The notes beneath the pieces are model-generated. The model had not been told where the DNA came from. It saw only the letters and a program-made list of their open reading frames with translations, and did no database searches. Of a stretch of DNA of 64,000 nucleotides, positions 12,136-26,070 are shown piece after piece; within the stretch, counting starts at the first letter, position 1, and each line of letters begins with the position of its first letter. Position numbers and translations under genes: made by a program. The stretch lies in the NCBI GenBank assembly GCA_032718475.1, contig JAUCBJ010004851.1, forward strand, positions 52,791 to 116,790, given 5' to 3'. Origin of the DNA: Nemertoderma westbladi (lineage: Eukaryota > Animalia > Xenacoelomorpha).

Positions 12136-15100
12136 AGCTGCTATATGAGTTTATCGATATTAGAGTTAATAATAATTAGGCTAGCAGTCGTCGCTGCCTC
12201 CCCCTCAGTGCCCCCGGACAGCGCAAGATCCTCAGCGCTGATGTACTGTCGTCGGAGTGCCTCTCGCCAACGTAGTAGCTACACAACGACAACAATAACC
12301 AGCGCGAGTCACTCCACTGTCCGTCCCAAGGGCTTAGATTTACTGGAGGAACTTGCTACAGATGCAGGGTAACTTTCACAACTGCGACTCGCTACTGTAA
12401 ACATACTTTAGTAGTAACATTCACCTATAAATACACAAATTCCACATTCCTGTCACAATTTGTACAAATTAGGGCCATTTGTCCATTAGTCAAGTGCCTT
12501 CCAGAATGCCACGTTATTATTATGTATCCCTGGATACTAGCAGGGTGCTATTTATTCCGCATGCTATTCAATGGGGCAAGCTTTCTATTGTTCTTTTAAC
12601 TCGCTTCTAATTCTAGCGTGGTTGTTGCTATGGTGACATTATGGAAAGCTAGCGGTAGAATTAGAGTAATTCTCATGCATACAGATTTGGGCTACTATTT
12701 AATAGTAATTCTTTAATTGTCAATATTCCCCTTATACATGATTTTATAAATTTTATCGGCTATTGACTGTACACTGGAAATTCTCTCACACTTAATATAC
12801 TTAATAGGGTGAATCTCCACTCCCATGATCTATTAATTAATGGAATTTTGGGAATGTTATAAATTGTATAAAATGACAATTTATCAAATTCATGAGAGGA
12901 TATGAATTTAAAATTTATTCCCGTAAATTTTATTATTTAATATTAAAATAGGCACAATTTTATTCCAGAACATGTCTGGGGACTAGGATCCTTAATTCCA
13001 GAAATTTGTCTTTTTAAGAGTATCGGTAAGTGCTACGATATCTTATTCGACTAGAATTTTAGAGGATCTAAATTTTAACAGATTTTGATTATTATAGATT
13101 TTCTAGAGTCCATTTGTTAGCATTTCCTCTATTATAGCATTTGTTTTAACAGATTTTATAAATATTTGTTAAATATTTAATATTTAAGATGGGCACCGAT
13201 TTAGACCAGAACATGTCTGGGGACGTTAACCACTGATTCTAGAATTTTGTCTTTCAAGTATATCGGTGGGTGCCGCGATATCTTAATCGACTAGAATTTC
13301 AGATGGTAAAAGGGTTTAACAGATTTATTTGAAGATTTATTAACAGATTTATTTAATAGGTTTCATTAATACTATTAATATTTGTTAATATTTTGAGCTT
13401 CAACACTACTGTTAAATGGACATCATTCTACTATATGTATTATTTAATATACGGTATGAGAGCAATATTGCAAGAAGCAATGTCAGTGAGAAGAGGCAAG
13501 TCGTTTCCAAGGTCTACCCAGAGCTTGGTTTAGCCGAGACACGAGGATCTGAACTTTGCATTCCTAATACTCTACTTACCAATAATACTTGAGTATAGTA
13601 GGGGCGGTATATTGTACTTTTAATAAGTACGGCCATTTCATCTTACTGTAGTCACGTATTTATAGTATGATACGGACAGTAAGGAAAGAGAAAATGGATT
13701 ATTTCTCGCCCTTAAACGAAATATATTATGCTAAGTAATTAAGTAATAAACACGAATATATTGCACTAATCTACTGAATAATCGTTAAAATATTATTCTA
13801 CTAAATAAAATTAAAGAAAACGATTATAATAATAAAATTACATAATAATGCATACATAAATATAAAAATAAAAAAAATAAAATAATGTAGTCACACACCC
13901 ACTCCAGACGCTGTTACGTTGGGGAGTCCCTAGATGTTTGTTGGATGAGGAAGGTGGTCGTGGGAAGAGTCTCTTGCCTTCCATAGTTCCCGGACAACTC
14001 TAGGTCTCTTTCCAGTAAACATAAACGACCAACTGGGCGATTAAGTTGTTGTGTTTCGAATACAATTCCAGGTTTCTTAAAGTTACGTCGCATGACGACG
14101 AGTTCTACCAATCGCACTAAACCATCATATATGAGTCTCGATGATACGACCTGTCTGCCACCTCTTACGTGGAAGATCTGATTCCACGATAAGGACATGT
14201 CTCCTGCGCTGACGTTTTCTTGCTGCGCAAACCACTTTGTTCGAAGTTGTAGCGTAGGAAGATAATGTTTTTCGAAATGGTCAGCGAAACGATGGGATAA
14301 TAACTGCATAAGTTGCCAAGTTTGTTGGCAGTATTAGTCTCCGTCCGTGATTTCCGATTGCGGGAGCATGGCTACAGGTTTCTTTAGTAGGAAATGCGCG
14401 GGTGTTAGCGCTTCTAGGGAGTCGGGACGCAATGAGACTGGCATAAGCGGTCTCTCGTTAAGATAGGCGGTGATTTCTTCCATTAATATCCGCAAAAGTT
14501 CGTTGGTGAGATACGCGCGGCACGGCACTATAAAGTGAAATGCGGTCTTCATGCTCCGTATTAGTCTCTCCCAACTTCCTCCCCACCAAGGGGCGTCGGC
14601 GGCGTTGAAGGTCCAGGTAGATGCCGTTACCCTTAGCTGATCGTCCACCTGTCTTTGGTTCCAATCTTTCACGTAAGCTTTGATCTCATTATTGGTGCCA
14701 ATGAAGTTCGTTCCCTTATCGGATCTCATAGTGTTACTAGTCCCAAAACGAGTGATCTGTCGGCGTAAACTCAGTATGAAGCTGTTTGTAGATAGATCGT
14801 TCACCATATCTAGATGGATCGCTCTACAAGTCATACAGACAAAGATGACACACCATCACTTGACTATAGTCCTAGCACGATATACTTCAATAGGGCCAAA
14901 TAAATCCACACCAATATTAGTAAAGGGTGGTTCATAGAAGCTTACTCGTTCCCTAGGTAATTCTGCCTCTCGCTGTGTTAAAGGCCTACTAAATGCTTTC
15001 CTACAGGGTATACAGATCCTAAGAACTTGGTTTAGAGCTCTACGGGGCTTATGGAAATAATAGCGAGTTCGAATTTCGCTAAGAACTCGTTCTCTACCAG

Positions 15101-15868
15101 CATGGTAAAGTCTACTGTGAACATCTACAATCATCTTGATTTGTATTTCAAGATTTCTAATGAGTATGGGAAACTTAGTGTCAAAGGACAATGGAGCATT
15201 AGTTAATCTCCCTCCGACACGTATTAACCCATCTATCATTGTGCTAGAGAAACAACCCCTTAAGCGCATCTGTGGATTTCTCAACAACAGGAAATACTTA
15301 TCGGAATCTTCGTAGCATTGCAGGAGTCTCAGTATCTGCTTATTGGTATCCTCATGTTCTTGGTAACTGATCTTCTCAGTCAGAAACCTATCAGACACTT
15401 TATAAGTGGGAAGGTCTTTAATAACATGGACTTTTTCGGATATTATTGGAGCGGTATCACTAGCGATCTTCGTCCTGGAATAGTGATGATAGAAACATCT
15501 TTTCAGATACACAACGGCCTTGCAAAGCCGATTCCAGGAGCTATAATGATCTATTGCTCTTTGTAGGAGAGGGGAGAGTCCTTGCGAGACATCTGGTGTT
15601 CCAGATTTCCAGTCTCTTTCCCTGATTTCTATAACGGATTTATTCGTATTTCTTGTAACATCCGTGGGTGAGTTTAGATCCACAGCGTCGTCACCGGAGG
15701 TGTATATTACAGACAGATCTATTACGGGTTTAAATAACTTTGATTTACTGTCCGGGTTTTGGGATTGACTTTCTCTGCTCCCTTGGCTTGTCTAATCTCC
15801 GCTGTGGTGAGATGAGGGGGCCATTCCTCCTCTTCTTTACACAGGAAGTCGGGTCCACCTAACCAGTC

Positions 15869-18195
15869 CATAGTGGGCCAGGGGTGGCCAAAATACCCTA
15901 AAATGAAGTTTGTTTTAGTGGTTTGAAACATATCCTACCTTGTAGCCCATATTTCGAAACCTAAGAAAAAATATTTTTTTTTCCGAAAATATTTGCCAAT
16001 ATTTTTTTCTGAGGTGAAAAATTAAAAATTTTCTATTTTTCACTCAAAATTTCAGTTTTTAGGAAAAATTTCCAAAAAAACGTATTTTTTTAAAAATTGG
16101 ACTACATTGGAAATTTTTTTTTTTAAATGTTCTCCATGGCGAGCCGATTCCAAATATGTGGTTTTTAGAGGTCCCCAGCGTTGTCTTCATGCTCCAAGTT
16201 TCATTTTAACATTTTTTTCCAAAAATATTTCATTTTTCGTAATTAAGGGAAGCCAGACTTTTCGAACTAATCCGACCGCACTGAAAAACATTATCAGACA
16301 TCCAAATACAACCTTCAAACATCATAAATATGAAAAAAAAATTTGCACCTACTTGCACCCCTTCGCATAAGGAGCAATTCAAAAATTCCAGTTTTCAACA
16401 TTTTTCTATTATTATTGCATACATTTAGTCTTATTAATGCAATAACACATCGAATTCCTATCACTACTCTGAATACTTTATTGACCATGATCACTGATGG
16501 TTATAATGATACAAGTAACATCAATACAATTAAGATACATCAATACAAACAACAAGTACATCAATGTACTTACTAATTACTACTTACTAATTATATATAT
16601 GTATATGTATATTACATCTTTATCGTTGAGTCGGGCATTGTCACGCTCTTGTTAAAGTTGTACATGTACATAGTGTAATTACGTTTTATATTGGTTTTAG
16701 GTTAGCATAGTGTAATATTGTATTTGTAACCAAGTAACATAAAGGACCCCCTTGGAAATAAGCTGCAAAGCTTTAGGGGTAATCCTATATGTTATGTAGG
16801 ACAATACCTTTATACCGGTACATTGTTTGGTGTATTTGTTATTGTTTTTACATAATGTATAAATAAATCTATCTATCTATAATGGAATTCTACTTCAGCT
16901 TAGTTGTTATTTGTGATCAGTGATTGGCTGAAAATTTAATCAGCTCTCTAAACTGGAATATAAAACAAATGGCCATAGAAACCAGGTTAGTTGCCTCAAT
17001 GTAAAACTCTGTTGCTTACCATGATTGGCTGATATTATCATGAAAGCAAAAAGCCTCGGCCCTTAGTATACAGTAAATCAACAAACACCTTTGCAGTATG
17101 ATTCATCATTCATTAGGAGCAACAATTATTCAATGTAATATGAATAAGTTATTTTATGATAAAAATCTCAAATACATTCTGCAAAATACTGTAAGACTTA
17201 TTCACTCACAAAGTTTGGTAAACAAATTGCTCATAATATTTTGTGCCATGCTAAACACATGTGCCACATGCTAAAAGTGGTACCTATGTGCCACTAGAGA
17301 ATTCTAAACCGTTTGTAATCGAATCAGCACCTTTAAAAACCTATAAATACCGAAAATGGAACATTTCTATAAAGCTTTAGAGATTTTGACATTTAGTGCC
17401 ATCTAAACACATGTGCCACATGCTAAAAAGTGGCACCTAAGTGCCACTAGAGAATTCGAAACCATTTGTAATCGAATCAGCACCTTTGAAAACCTATAAA
17501 TAGCGAAAATGGAACATTTCTATGAAGCTTTAGAGATTTTGATATTTTGTGCCATGCTAAACACATGTGCCAAATGCTAAAAAGTGGCACCTATGTGCCA
17601 CTAGAGAATTCGAAACCGTTTGTAATCGAATCAGCACCTTTGAAAACCTATAAATACCGAAAATTGAACATTTCTATGAAGCTTTAGAGATTTTAATATT
17701 TTGTGCCATGCTAAACACATGTGCCACATGCTGAAAAGTGGCACCTATGTGCCACTAGAGAATTTGAAAAACATTTGTAATAGAATCAGCACCTTTGGAA
17801 ACCTATAAATACCGAAAATGGAACATTTCTATGAAGCTTTAGATATTTTGATATTTTGTGCCATGCTAAACACATGTGCCATGTGCCACACGCTAAAAAG
17901 TGGCACTTCTACGCTACTAGAGTATTTGAAACCATTTGTTAGTGCTTCAGCACCCTGTTAAACCTTGTGGAACCGAAATCACCGCCATTCTGCCTGTGTC
18001 TATTGGGTTTGCCAAATACGCCAATTTTGGCACGTGCCAGAAATGGCACACAGCTACCCTTTGAGAATTTGAGACCCATCTCAGAAGATTCGCCATTATC
18101 GAAAACCCGTATAGGTTAAAAATAGTGCCCAAACTATGAATATTTTTCGAAATAAGGAATTTTGGCCGCAAAACAGGGTTTCTGGCCTCACTGTG
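15869..18195. mobile_element. Non-autonomous Transib-like DNA transposon inserted in pol
   Basis: Ends CATAGTGGGCCAG and (reverse complement) CACAGTGAGGCCAG, with a 5-bp TSD CAGTC (15864-15868 and 18196-18200). The homologous site in copy 2 (about 57925) is uninterrupted. Confidence 0.85.
17241..17945. repeat. Tandem repeat of about 154 bp, about 4.5 copies, inside the Transib-like element
   Basis: The unit TGTGCCATGCTAAACACATGTGCCAC... restarts near 17242, 17395, 17548, 17702 and 17857. Confidence 0.9.
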
Positions 18196-21100
18196 CAGTC
18201 CGGAGTATCTATCAGTTCTTGAGGAGTTGCTCCTCTGGAGGCGATGTCAGCTGGATTAATCGTCCCAGGGCAAAGTCTCCATTGATCTATATTAGAGCGA
18301 CTGAGTATAATGGCTACTCTGTTGGTAACGAAGACGCTGGACTGACAGACTTCATTTGTTATATACTCCAGAATGAGTAAAGCATCAGTCCAATAGACAG
18401 TTTTCTCTAGTGGATAGTCGATCTGTTCTGTTACATTCAGGCCGATGGCTGTAGCGTATAGAGCCGCCTTTACTCCGCTCTAGGAACTCGTAGTTTGTTG
18501 TTTATTAGGGCCTTGGAGGCGACCAATGCAACCTTAATTCCATCCGGAGTTTCAACTCTCAGGTAGGCTACTATACCTATTCCCATATCGCCGGCGTCTC
18601 CAAACACATGGAGTTGATAGGAATACGTGGGGAGAATGTGACCAAAATATGAACGGGAGATCTTAAAGTTCTCGATGGATGGTAGAGAATCTTCCCACTT
18701 CATCCACTTGTTTAGCAGTTCTCCCTGGAGTGGATCATCCCACGAGTGGTTTTCGAGCCACATTTGTTGTACTAAGCTCCGAGCAACTAATATAACTGGG
18801 CTAATAAATCCCAATGGATCGAAATAAGTGCTCAGGATACTTAAACAAATCCGTTTAGTTCTAACTGGATTATCTCGTTGTTTTAACTGAAAGAATAGGA
18901 TATATCTCTCCGTGTCCCATTTTAATCCAAGCGTCTTGGTTTCCGGAAGATCGTCCTTAATGAGGTCTAGATCTTTAACACCTCGGTCTTCTATCGGGAT
19001 CGATTCCAGAAACTCATGGGAGTTACTAGTGAATTTGGTTAGCCGAAATCCACCGCGTTGTAAGCACTCTACCGTTCCCTTGGCAACATCAATGGCTTCT
19101 TCCACTGATGGGAGGGACTTTAAATAGTCGTCCATGTATATATCCCGTTTGATGTTGTTGATAACCGCTTTAGAGAAGGCATCTCGGTTGTCATCGGCAG
19201 TGGTACACACTACCGAACAAGCGTTCGAGGGGCTCGAGATGATCCCGAAAGCCTGGATGGTCATCCAGTACTCCACCGGTTTTAGGTTGAGGTCTCCTTC
19301 AGGCCACCACAGAAATCGTAGGCTGTCTCGATCCCTATCCAGCACCTTGACTTGTAGGAACATGCCTTCGATGTCCGAAGCGAATGCGATCGCAAGATCG
19401 CAAATATTGCCGCAGTCTTAGTAATATTCCCAACAAAGATTGAAGTAAGTTGGGTCCCGGCAACAGTTCAGAATTCAGGGAATGACCCATGTAAAGGGCG
19501 GAGCCGTCAAACACTACCCGGACTTCGTTGGGTTTACCGGGCTTGGGAACCTAATGATGTGTCAGATAATACGTTCTCTCCATTATGGGTGTTTCTTCCG
19601 GAACTCGCTCCGCATATCCCTTATCTATAAATTTCTTCAGTTGTGTTTTATACATTTCTCTGGCTTGAACGTTAGCCGTCAGACGCCGATGTAGTTGTGC
19701 GATTCTTTTTTCCGCTAAAGGTCGGTTATTTACGAAGCTGGGTTCTCGCCGTCGGAACGGAAGACCAATCTCATAGCGACCTTCATCCTTCAGATAACGT
19801 GTAGTCGTTTCCTGAATCTGCTTGGTTCTCTCTTCTTCAACAGATAAAGCCTTGTCGTAGGAATTAGGCTCTACGGCTTCTTGAGTAAAGAATCGTACGG
19901 CGTGTTCATCGCGTAGTTTGTCATTATATCTATCTACCACTGCGTTTAATTCATCATTATACTTCAATGATTCGCTTGTTTGGTGGATAAGATGACATAG
20001 GTTGACTTGGTTTAGCCAAGTTTGGTTCTCAGTGAGGATATCGATGGCATTTTCCTCATCATATAAGTGGTTGATGTCGTCGTTGTCTGAGGAGTATGGA
20101 GTTTCCTCAGCTGGGATTTCTTCTTCACTGATTTCTTCTTCCCATTCACTCACCTGGTGGATTCGTTCACTTGGGAGTCTTTCCATTAAGGTCCTATGGG
20201 AAGGTCCAGTGAAGTACCAACCTACTCTCGTTCTTCCCGCATACGTCTGAAGTAGTTGCGGTCGAGCAGGCCGTCTTTCTAATGTCTCAAGCGCCTCGTG
20301 CGCATTTTGGCCGAGTAAGATCTGCACCCCTGGATAATCCGTATTGAATCTAGATATATTGTGTTGCTGGGTAAAATGATCTTCATCCCAGTTGTAAGGC
20401 TCCACTTGGCTAGTAGCAAAGTTCTTTATCGCCACCATCTTGACCGACCTTACACTATTTTCACCTTGTTCATCCTGGGGAGTGGACAACGCACCCACAT
20501 AGTAATTTGTGGCTACTGTGGATTTCCAAACCGGCATAATTCTGGGAAGGTTCAATTTGGTTCGGAACTTTGGTTGACCAGCAAAGATGTATTCGGCTAG
20601 TTCTTTGTCGATAAAGGTGCCTGTGCTGCCAGAGTCAAGGAGGGCGTTTACTATCAAGCTCTTCCCTATCCCATGGACCCTCAGTTGCACCACAGGGAAT
20701 TCTCGGATACCGACAGATGAAGTTGGCGCTTTCCAAGATGGCTGTCGATCCGGAATAGACAGTCGGGAATCTTCTCCTTCGGTTTCTGTTTCGTACGTAA
20801 GTGCTCGATACACAGCTGTGTTGATCATATAACAGGATTCATTTTCGTTGGAGAATTCGTCCGTGTAGAATCCTTCCATCTCCGAACTGTGGTCAGTGTC
20901 ATTCACATCACTGAATTGGACATGTAGTTCGGGCTCACTTACCTGACTCGTACGGGTTCTGTCAGATTCTGTGTGCAGCAAGATATGATGTTTCGCTTAT
21001 CCCACATGACATCACGTCTATCCTTCAGGGATTTCTTTAAGAATTCATCACATCCACTCAAGCGATGTGGCCCGTCGCACAATACACATTTAGGTTTGAT

Positions 21101-24100
21101 GTTACTTACTTTAACCTGTGTCGTGTTGTGCACACTTGTTCTTTCTTTGGGCTTTCTTCCATGAATTCTCTTAGGAGACGTAGGGAGAGTTGTTACCTGT
21201 TCTCTCCTGTCACTGGTTCGAGACTTAGATTTACTTACGTCTTTCCTAACTTTATTGACATAATAAGATCTTTCGGTGTCCTTACCGCTGTTCTCATCGT
21301 AGGAAGTTTGACTTTCGCCATCGTCCGTATAACACACTGGTGTTACCTTTCTCCTAGTAACGGGTTTTTCACTTACCTTACTTTCCGGTGTCTTCTCTCT
21401 GGACTGCTTTAGGAGCTGTAATCTTACCTCTCCATTTAAGAATGACATGAGATCAGCCATGGTAGGGTCTCTTTGTTGCTGGTCCATCATATAGAGAACC
21501 CTTTTGTCCCAACGAGTACCTACTCCACCCTTTGGCAAAGTTGATGCTACGGCTCCAACAACCATAGAACTCTGGTATTCCTGAGACTTACCTAACCAAT
21601 CTAGCTGTCTACAGATCTCCTGAATCTCATCGGAAAACTCTATAATCCTGCTGCTAAGAAAGTTTCGGGGCGCTACTAATTTCGCATACAAATATCTTGC
21701 CAAGTTAGTCCTGTTACCATACCTGATGTTTAGTGTATCCCAAACTTGTCTTAATCCGTCTGGATGTCCAATAAACTTTAACGCCATTAACTTGGGAGGT
21801 CCTTCCAAGCACTCGATGAGGAATCAAAGTTTCTCTCCATTGGATAGTACAGAGTTATGTATGTTATTTTTATAATATTCATTAAAAGGTAACCATTTCA
21901 TCTCATCTCTATTGAACTTGACGACCTCTCCCACCTTTACCGCTTGACGAGCTTCGGTTCTAGCCATTTGACATGTAAAACTTTCTTGAGCCATCGTATT
22001 ATTTAATATCGAATTATCGGTATATAAATTTCTCGGATTATGATCAGATCTGTATGGGATATCATTATCAACAGGCTTATAATTACCCTTAATAGGGTTT
22101 ACTATAGGAGTTTCTACTTCGCTAGCAGTATAGATGCATGTAGGCTCCACACCTTGCGCATGAAATACTTCAGACCTAATGGGCTGACACATTGTTACAG
22201 GGGGTGTAGGTATACCCATTTGTATATTTACTAATTTATGGCGCTCTAAAGCGATACTTTGTTGTACTTCTTGCAACTCTAACCTACTCTCTCTTACTGT
22301 TCCCTCTAACAGCTGAACAGTCCCTTCCAATTCTCAGACTTGCTGGGAAGATTGTTTTTTATGAGCTTCCAGCTGTCCGAGCAGCTGCTCCATCCCCCAT
22401 CGTCCACCCACACGACCGCGGAGGCGGGAGACGCCAACTTGGTAGCTGGATGGCACATCGGGACAATGGGAAACAGTTTGATAATGTCTTGCTCGGCGTC
22501 TAGGACAATTTGGGATTCCGGCAATTGTCTACTGGGCACAGGTAGTTTTGTACTGTGCAAAGGGAATTTTGAGTTAGGTTCTTGAAGCAAAGGGGTCTCT
22601 AACAAGGGAGTGGCTTCAATAACAGGCCTAATTATTTCGGGCTCGTCTACTATAGTAGGGAGTCTTTCTCTAATAATTTGGTCTGTAGGCTCTTGATTAC
22701 TTAAGTCTACATTAGCTAGTTGCCTTCTCACCGCAGGAGTCAAATTAGGTAACTTCTGCCGGTGTGGCGCTCTACTACGTCCGCTTGAACGAGATTGTTT
22801 ACCTTTACCCTCGGGATCCGTTGTATCACCTTCATCGGAGGAGGTAATTCCCTGTCTTCTGGGAGTAGATCAACTCAGTAGTTGCATCTGTGTAGCTGCT
22901 CTCTGTTTATTTAAGTAATCTTGCTTTGCTTGAAGATTTTCCAACTCTAATTGTGTTGTCGCTTCAGATGCTCTTCGTTCTGCTTCTGCCACTGTCGCTG
23001 CTGCTGCCGCTTTTCTTTCCGCTTCAGCCACCTTTCTTTCAGCTTCCGCCGCTTTTCTTTCAGCTTCTGCCACTGCCGCTGCTTCTTTTCTTTCAGATTC
23101 TGCTGCTGCCGCTGCTTCTTTTCTTTCAGATTCTGCCGCTGCCGCTGCTTCCTTTCTTTTAGATTCTGCCGCTGCTTCCTTTCTTTTATATTCTGCCCCT
23201 GCCACTAACTTTCGGTCTTCTATTTGCCTTTTCTTTATTTGTTCTTCTTGGTCCATAGCGATGAGGATGCTTTCATCAAATTTAGCCTGCTCTGCAGCTA
23301 ATATTTCCGCATCTAAATAATCTAACACGAATTTGGCTCCCTCACTATTGGGGTGAAGTCCAGCTAGCCTTCTCCTTAGCTCTTTGTCACCTATAAATCG
23401 TTGATAATCCGACAGATAGATGTCAATAGCATCCTTCTTCCTAGGTTTTTCGGATACCGCCTCGCCTTCCAAATGAGAAAAGGTGGTATCCGTTGATTCC
23501 CCGTGGATTATGCACCCAGTTAGCTGAACTTTCCATTGTGTCGTTGCCTGGACCTTAACATTCACTCGCTGAAACCAAGTCTTTACAGCCACTTGCAACG
23601 ACGTGTCTTGGCTTCTCTTCGAGGCTTCCTCAAAGGCTGAAAGGATTAATCTGATCCACAAGATACGTTCTCGCACTTGATAAAGCAGCTCTCCCTGCTC
23701 TTGAGGTCCTTGACGTTGTTGAAATAAATGTTCTTCTAATCGTTCCAAGGAGTTGAAGAATCCCTGGACATATCCTGCTGCTGACCTCTTCCATACAGCT
23801 GGATCTCGAGTGTCCCTTACTATCCCCATTCGGTATAAGTCTTCCCAGGCAGCTTCCGATAAGTTAAACGGGAGTCCGGGTCTGGGGAAGTTCCATTGAG
23901 TCTCTACAATATACCTTAGTTCTTCGATCGTGTATCCCGCATAACTGTCCCTGGTCAATCTCTTATTTCTCATCCAATCAGCTTGATTTTCCTCCACAGC
24001 TATCAATACTCTAGTGAGCGCGGCCCCAGGAAGAATTAGAAGTGGATCTGGATAAACCACTTCTTCCATCCTTGCTCCGATCTCGGGGGTTAACTCTTCA

Positions 24101-26059
24101 GTGTCGGAACTAGAGTTATTCTGCCGTTGAGAAATAAGTTCTCGGTTCGGGTGCTGTTGTTGTTTAACAGCTGTCTCTTGGTCTCACTTAACTTGAGCCC
24201 TAGTGCGTATAATAGACCTATGGTGCTTTACTAGCCAAGGGTCTGATACCACTACCATAGAAATAACCTTTCTCACAGTAGGAGGGGACTTAGACTTCGG
24301 TCTGAGATGTTCGATACTTTGATCTGGGTCACAGATCATTCTTTCTAGGAGACTATCTGACAGTGTTTGCTTTGTGTCAGACATAATTTAATTTTACAGT
24401 TGAATACCTACTACTATAATGACAGTTAAAGCAAGTCTAGAAGAACCAGTATCAACTGTCAGCCTAGTAGTTAGTTACCGATACCGTTACTCAGTGTAAC
24501 GTGATATATATTTAATATTAAAATACCGGTATACACTTATAGTATATATAAGTATTATTACAGACTAGGATCAGTCACAGAATACCAGTATATAATTTCA
24601 GCCTAAATTTATATAAATATAATAAGCTTACCGTAAATACCGGTAATGTCAATTATTTAATAATAACTGAATTTCTAAAATTTAGGGTTACTTCCCTTTA
24701 CTTTATTACTGATATTAAGCAGTAGTTCAACTGATATTAAGACCTAATTGATGTATGACAGGCCTACTATTTTATAAATCTGATTGAGTTGATTTATAAA
24801 TATATATATATACCCGTACAATGGGTTTTGACAATATTTGAAATAAATGTTATTATTTCTGTGTAAGGAGTCACTACACAGAAGCTAAACGCTCTCAGTG
24901 GAGTACTTATCACTACAAATTACTTACGAATCGGTTGAGATTACAATCTCTAAATAAACAATAAACAAGTTACTTGTACAATTTTTTAGGGTAATTTTAC
25001 AAGAAATCTACGAACCAGCCTAACAAGGAGTTAGAATTTCTGGTTCTTACAAACTGACAGGAAAATATGGTAGTTGAAACCAATAAAGCAGTAGTAAGTA
25101 AGTTGCGATGTCCAGATAAGGAAATACCATCGTCTGATGGCTTATAGTCTCAAACTATAAGCACTACGTTATGTACCCGGAGTGTCCTATACCTAGAGGT
25201 TAATTATCGAAGCCAACCAGAGCTAACGGACCTATTAACCACGTTACAACACAAATATACTGCCTACACACTAAATTACTTTCGGAAAGCACTGTACTCT
25301 AAACCCTAAATTAGGTACAAGTACTTAAACAACAAATAACCAGCAGTTAAATATACGTGAACAGCCAAAAGAACCACGGTATCTGCTGGAGTGACCGGAG
25401 CACAAAATCACCAGTATTTACCTACGCCAAGCAGCCCTGATGTAGTACCGGGGTTAATTTAACTATAACGGTATGTATAACAAGCACAATTACTGTAGGA
25501 ATAAACTTGGGGAATTGGAGGTTGCGAATACTCGCATAAACTCTGAATAATAAATATTACGCTACCCGTGCAAATGCTGGCAGACTACTGTCAAGCCTAA
25601 ATAAACTACAGTATTATGCAAACTCCGAAATGGTTAGTTAGTAGGCGTTCTAACCAAGTAGTACGGCTTATTCTTTCATGGAGGATTTACCTTACAGCAC
25701 TGGATGCCTCCACCTTCCTAACTAGCACCTTATCGGACAGACACTTTACATACACTGCAATCACCTCAGACCTAACAACAGTTAGACAACAATCCGGCCT
25801 ACCAATTATTTATACAATCTGAGCAGGCTTACACGCCTTCTGCTCAATATTACACTTACAGATAAATAAAACTGACAGAAATAAGTAAAATTCCAATAAA
25901 AACCAGGGCTGCAGTCCCCGATTTAATATTAAGACCTACCGGTATATAATTATCACAATCGAAATAATACTGCTGTACCTGTAAGTACCGGCCCGGATCA
26001 GGCCTACAGTTTACCGTCCTACCGGTACTTTATTGCCTACGGCGCAATAAAGAAACTTG

Positions 26060-26070
26060 AAATCTATTAA
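26060..26070 (-). promoter_or_regulatory. Non-tRNA primer-binding position of copy 1, complementary to the LTR motif at 26801-26811
   Basis: AAATCTATTAA (26060-26070) abuts the LTR end and is the exact reverse complement of TTAATAGATTT (26801-26811). Confidence 0.75.

Larger units (their letters stand above)
13914..24384 (-). pseudogene. BEL/Pao gag-pol polyprotein, disrupted by stops, frameshifts and one insertion
   Basis: Gag KFN..EMKWLPF..EKL, protease ALLDSGSTGTFI, RT YYLTHH/MFLQV/FGIISSP/YMDD, Pao RNase H region LGLKW/FDPLGF/LHVFGDAG, integrase H..LYHAG..CIPC, GVDLFGP, SDKGTNF, WWGGSWERLIR. Confidence 0.95.

Noticed and set aside
17241-17945. CRISPR-like or RNA-gene array
   Set aside because: The whole 154-bp unit is repeated, so it is a satellite inside a transposon.
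22926-23208. Cys/Phe-rich and Leu/Pro-rich ORFs (also 54571-54917)
   Set aside because: Antisense shadows of the Ala/Glu/Lys repeat in gag.
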